A stretch of 59,642 bases of DNA, the filler included. It is 6 parts of 6 records of this genome, joined end to end, with 100 filler letters (N's around TTAATTAATTAA, not from the genome) between each part and the next. Parts side by side here need not be neighbours in the genome. Positions count along the whole stretch, not along the records: positions 53,189 to 59,642 come from SRR31156797_888; 5 more parts are not named here. One strand, 5' to 3'. The translations under genes were made by a program, and so were the position numbers. The notes under the pieces were generated by a model, which made no database searches, had not been told where the DNA came from, and saw only the letters and a list, made by a program, of their open reading frames with translations. Below, piece by piece: positions 59,626 through 59,642 of this stretch; within the stretch, counting starts at the first letter, position 1; the number at the start of each line of letters is the position of its first letter.

Positions 59626-59642
59626 ATGGCTAAAATTCAAGT
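59626..59642 (+). CDS. rplI: 50S ribosomal protein L9, 5' end (partial)
   Basis: MAKIQV start, as recalled for Fusobacteriota L9; GGAGGAG RBS; synteny with yybS. Confidence 0.6.

Overview
This window is not one locus. It is six contigs joined by five identical 100-bp artificial linkers (N44-TTAATTAATTAA-N44), and taxonomy is inferred from gene content only. (1) 1-20779, spore-forming Clostridia-like: tex, a LysM spore protein, spoVAC/D/E, spoIIAA/AB with no sigF in its usual place, PBP1A, and envelope/glycosylation genes with a probable deletion scar. (2) 20880-27307, low-GC anaerobe: rplU start with leader and promoter, and an aberrant Rnf-like operon (Fe-ADH, rnfC, fused rnfD-rnfG, rnfE/rnfA lacking their conserved Cys, no rnfB). 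(3) 27408-34711 and (4) 34812-41119, Campylobacterota/Arcobacter-like: HU, histidine kinases, a short flagellin, cytochromes c, an MCP, a diguanylate cyclase and thiD/thiE. (5) 41220-53088, Bacteroidota-like: a nine-gene DNA phosphorothioation defence operon, dndCDE - [4-TM protein + DGQHR protein] - pbeABCD-like, flanked by repeats. (6) 53189-59642, Fusobacteriota-like: dnaX, a HEAT-repeat protein, a GAF-GAF-GGDEF protein, a degenerate M20 peptidase, a YybS-like protein and the rplI start. The best candidates for undescribed systems are the membrane protein + DGQHR module embedded in the Dnd-Pbe operon and the 'half-Rnf' complex. All calls come from motif recognition by eye; no searches were run.
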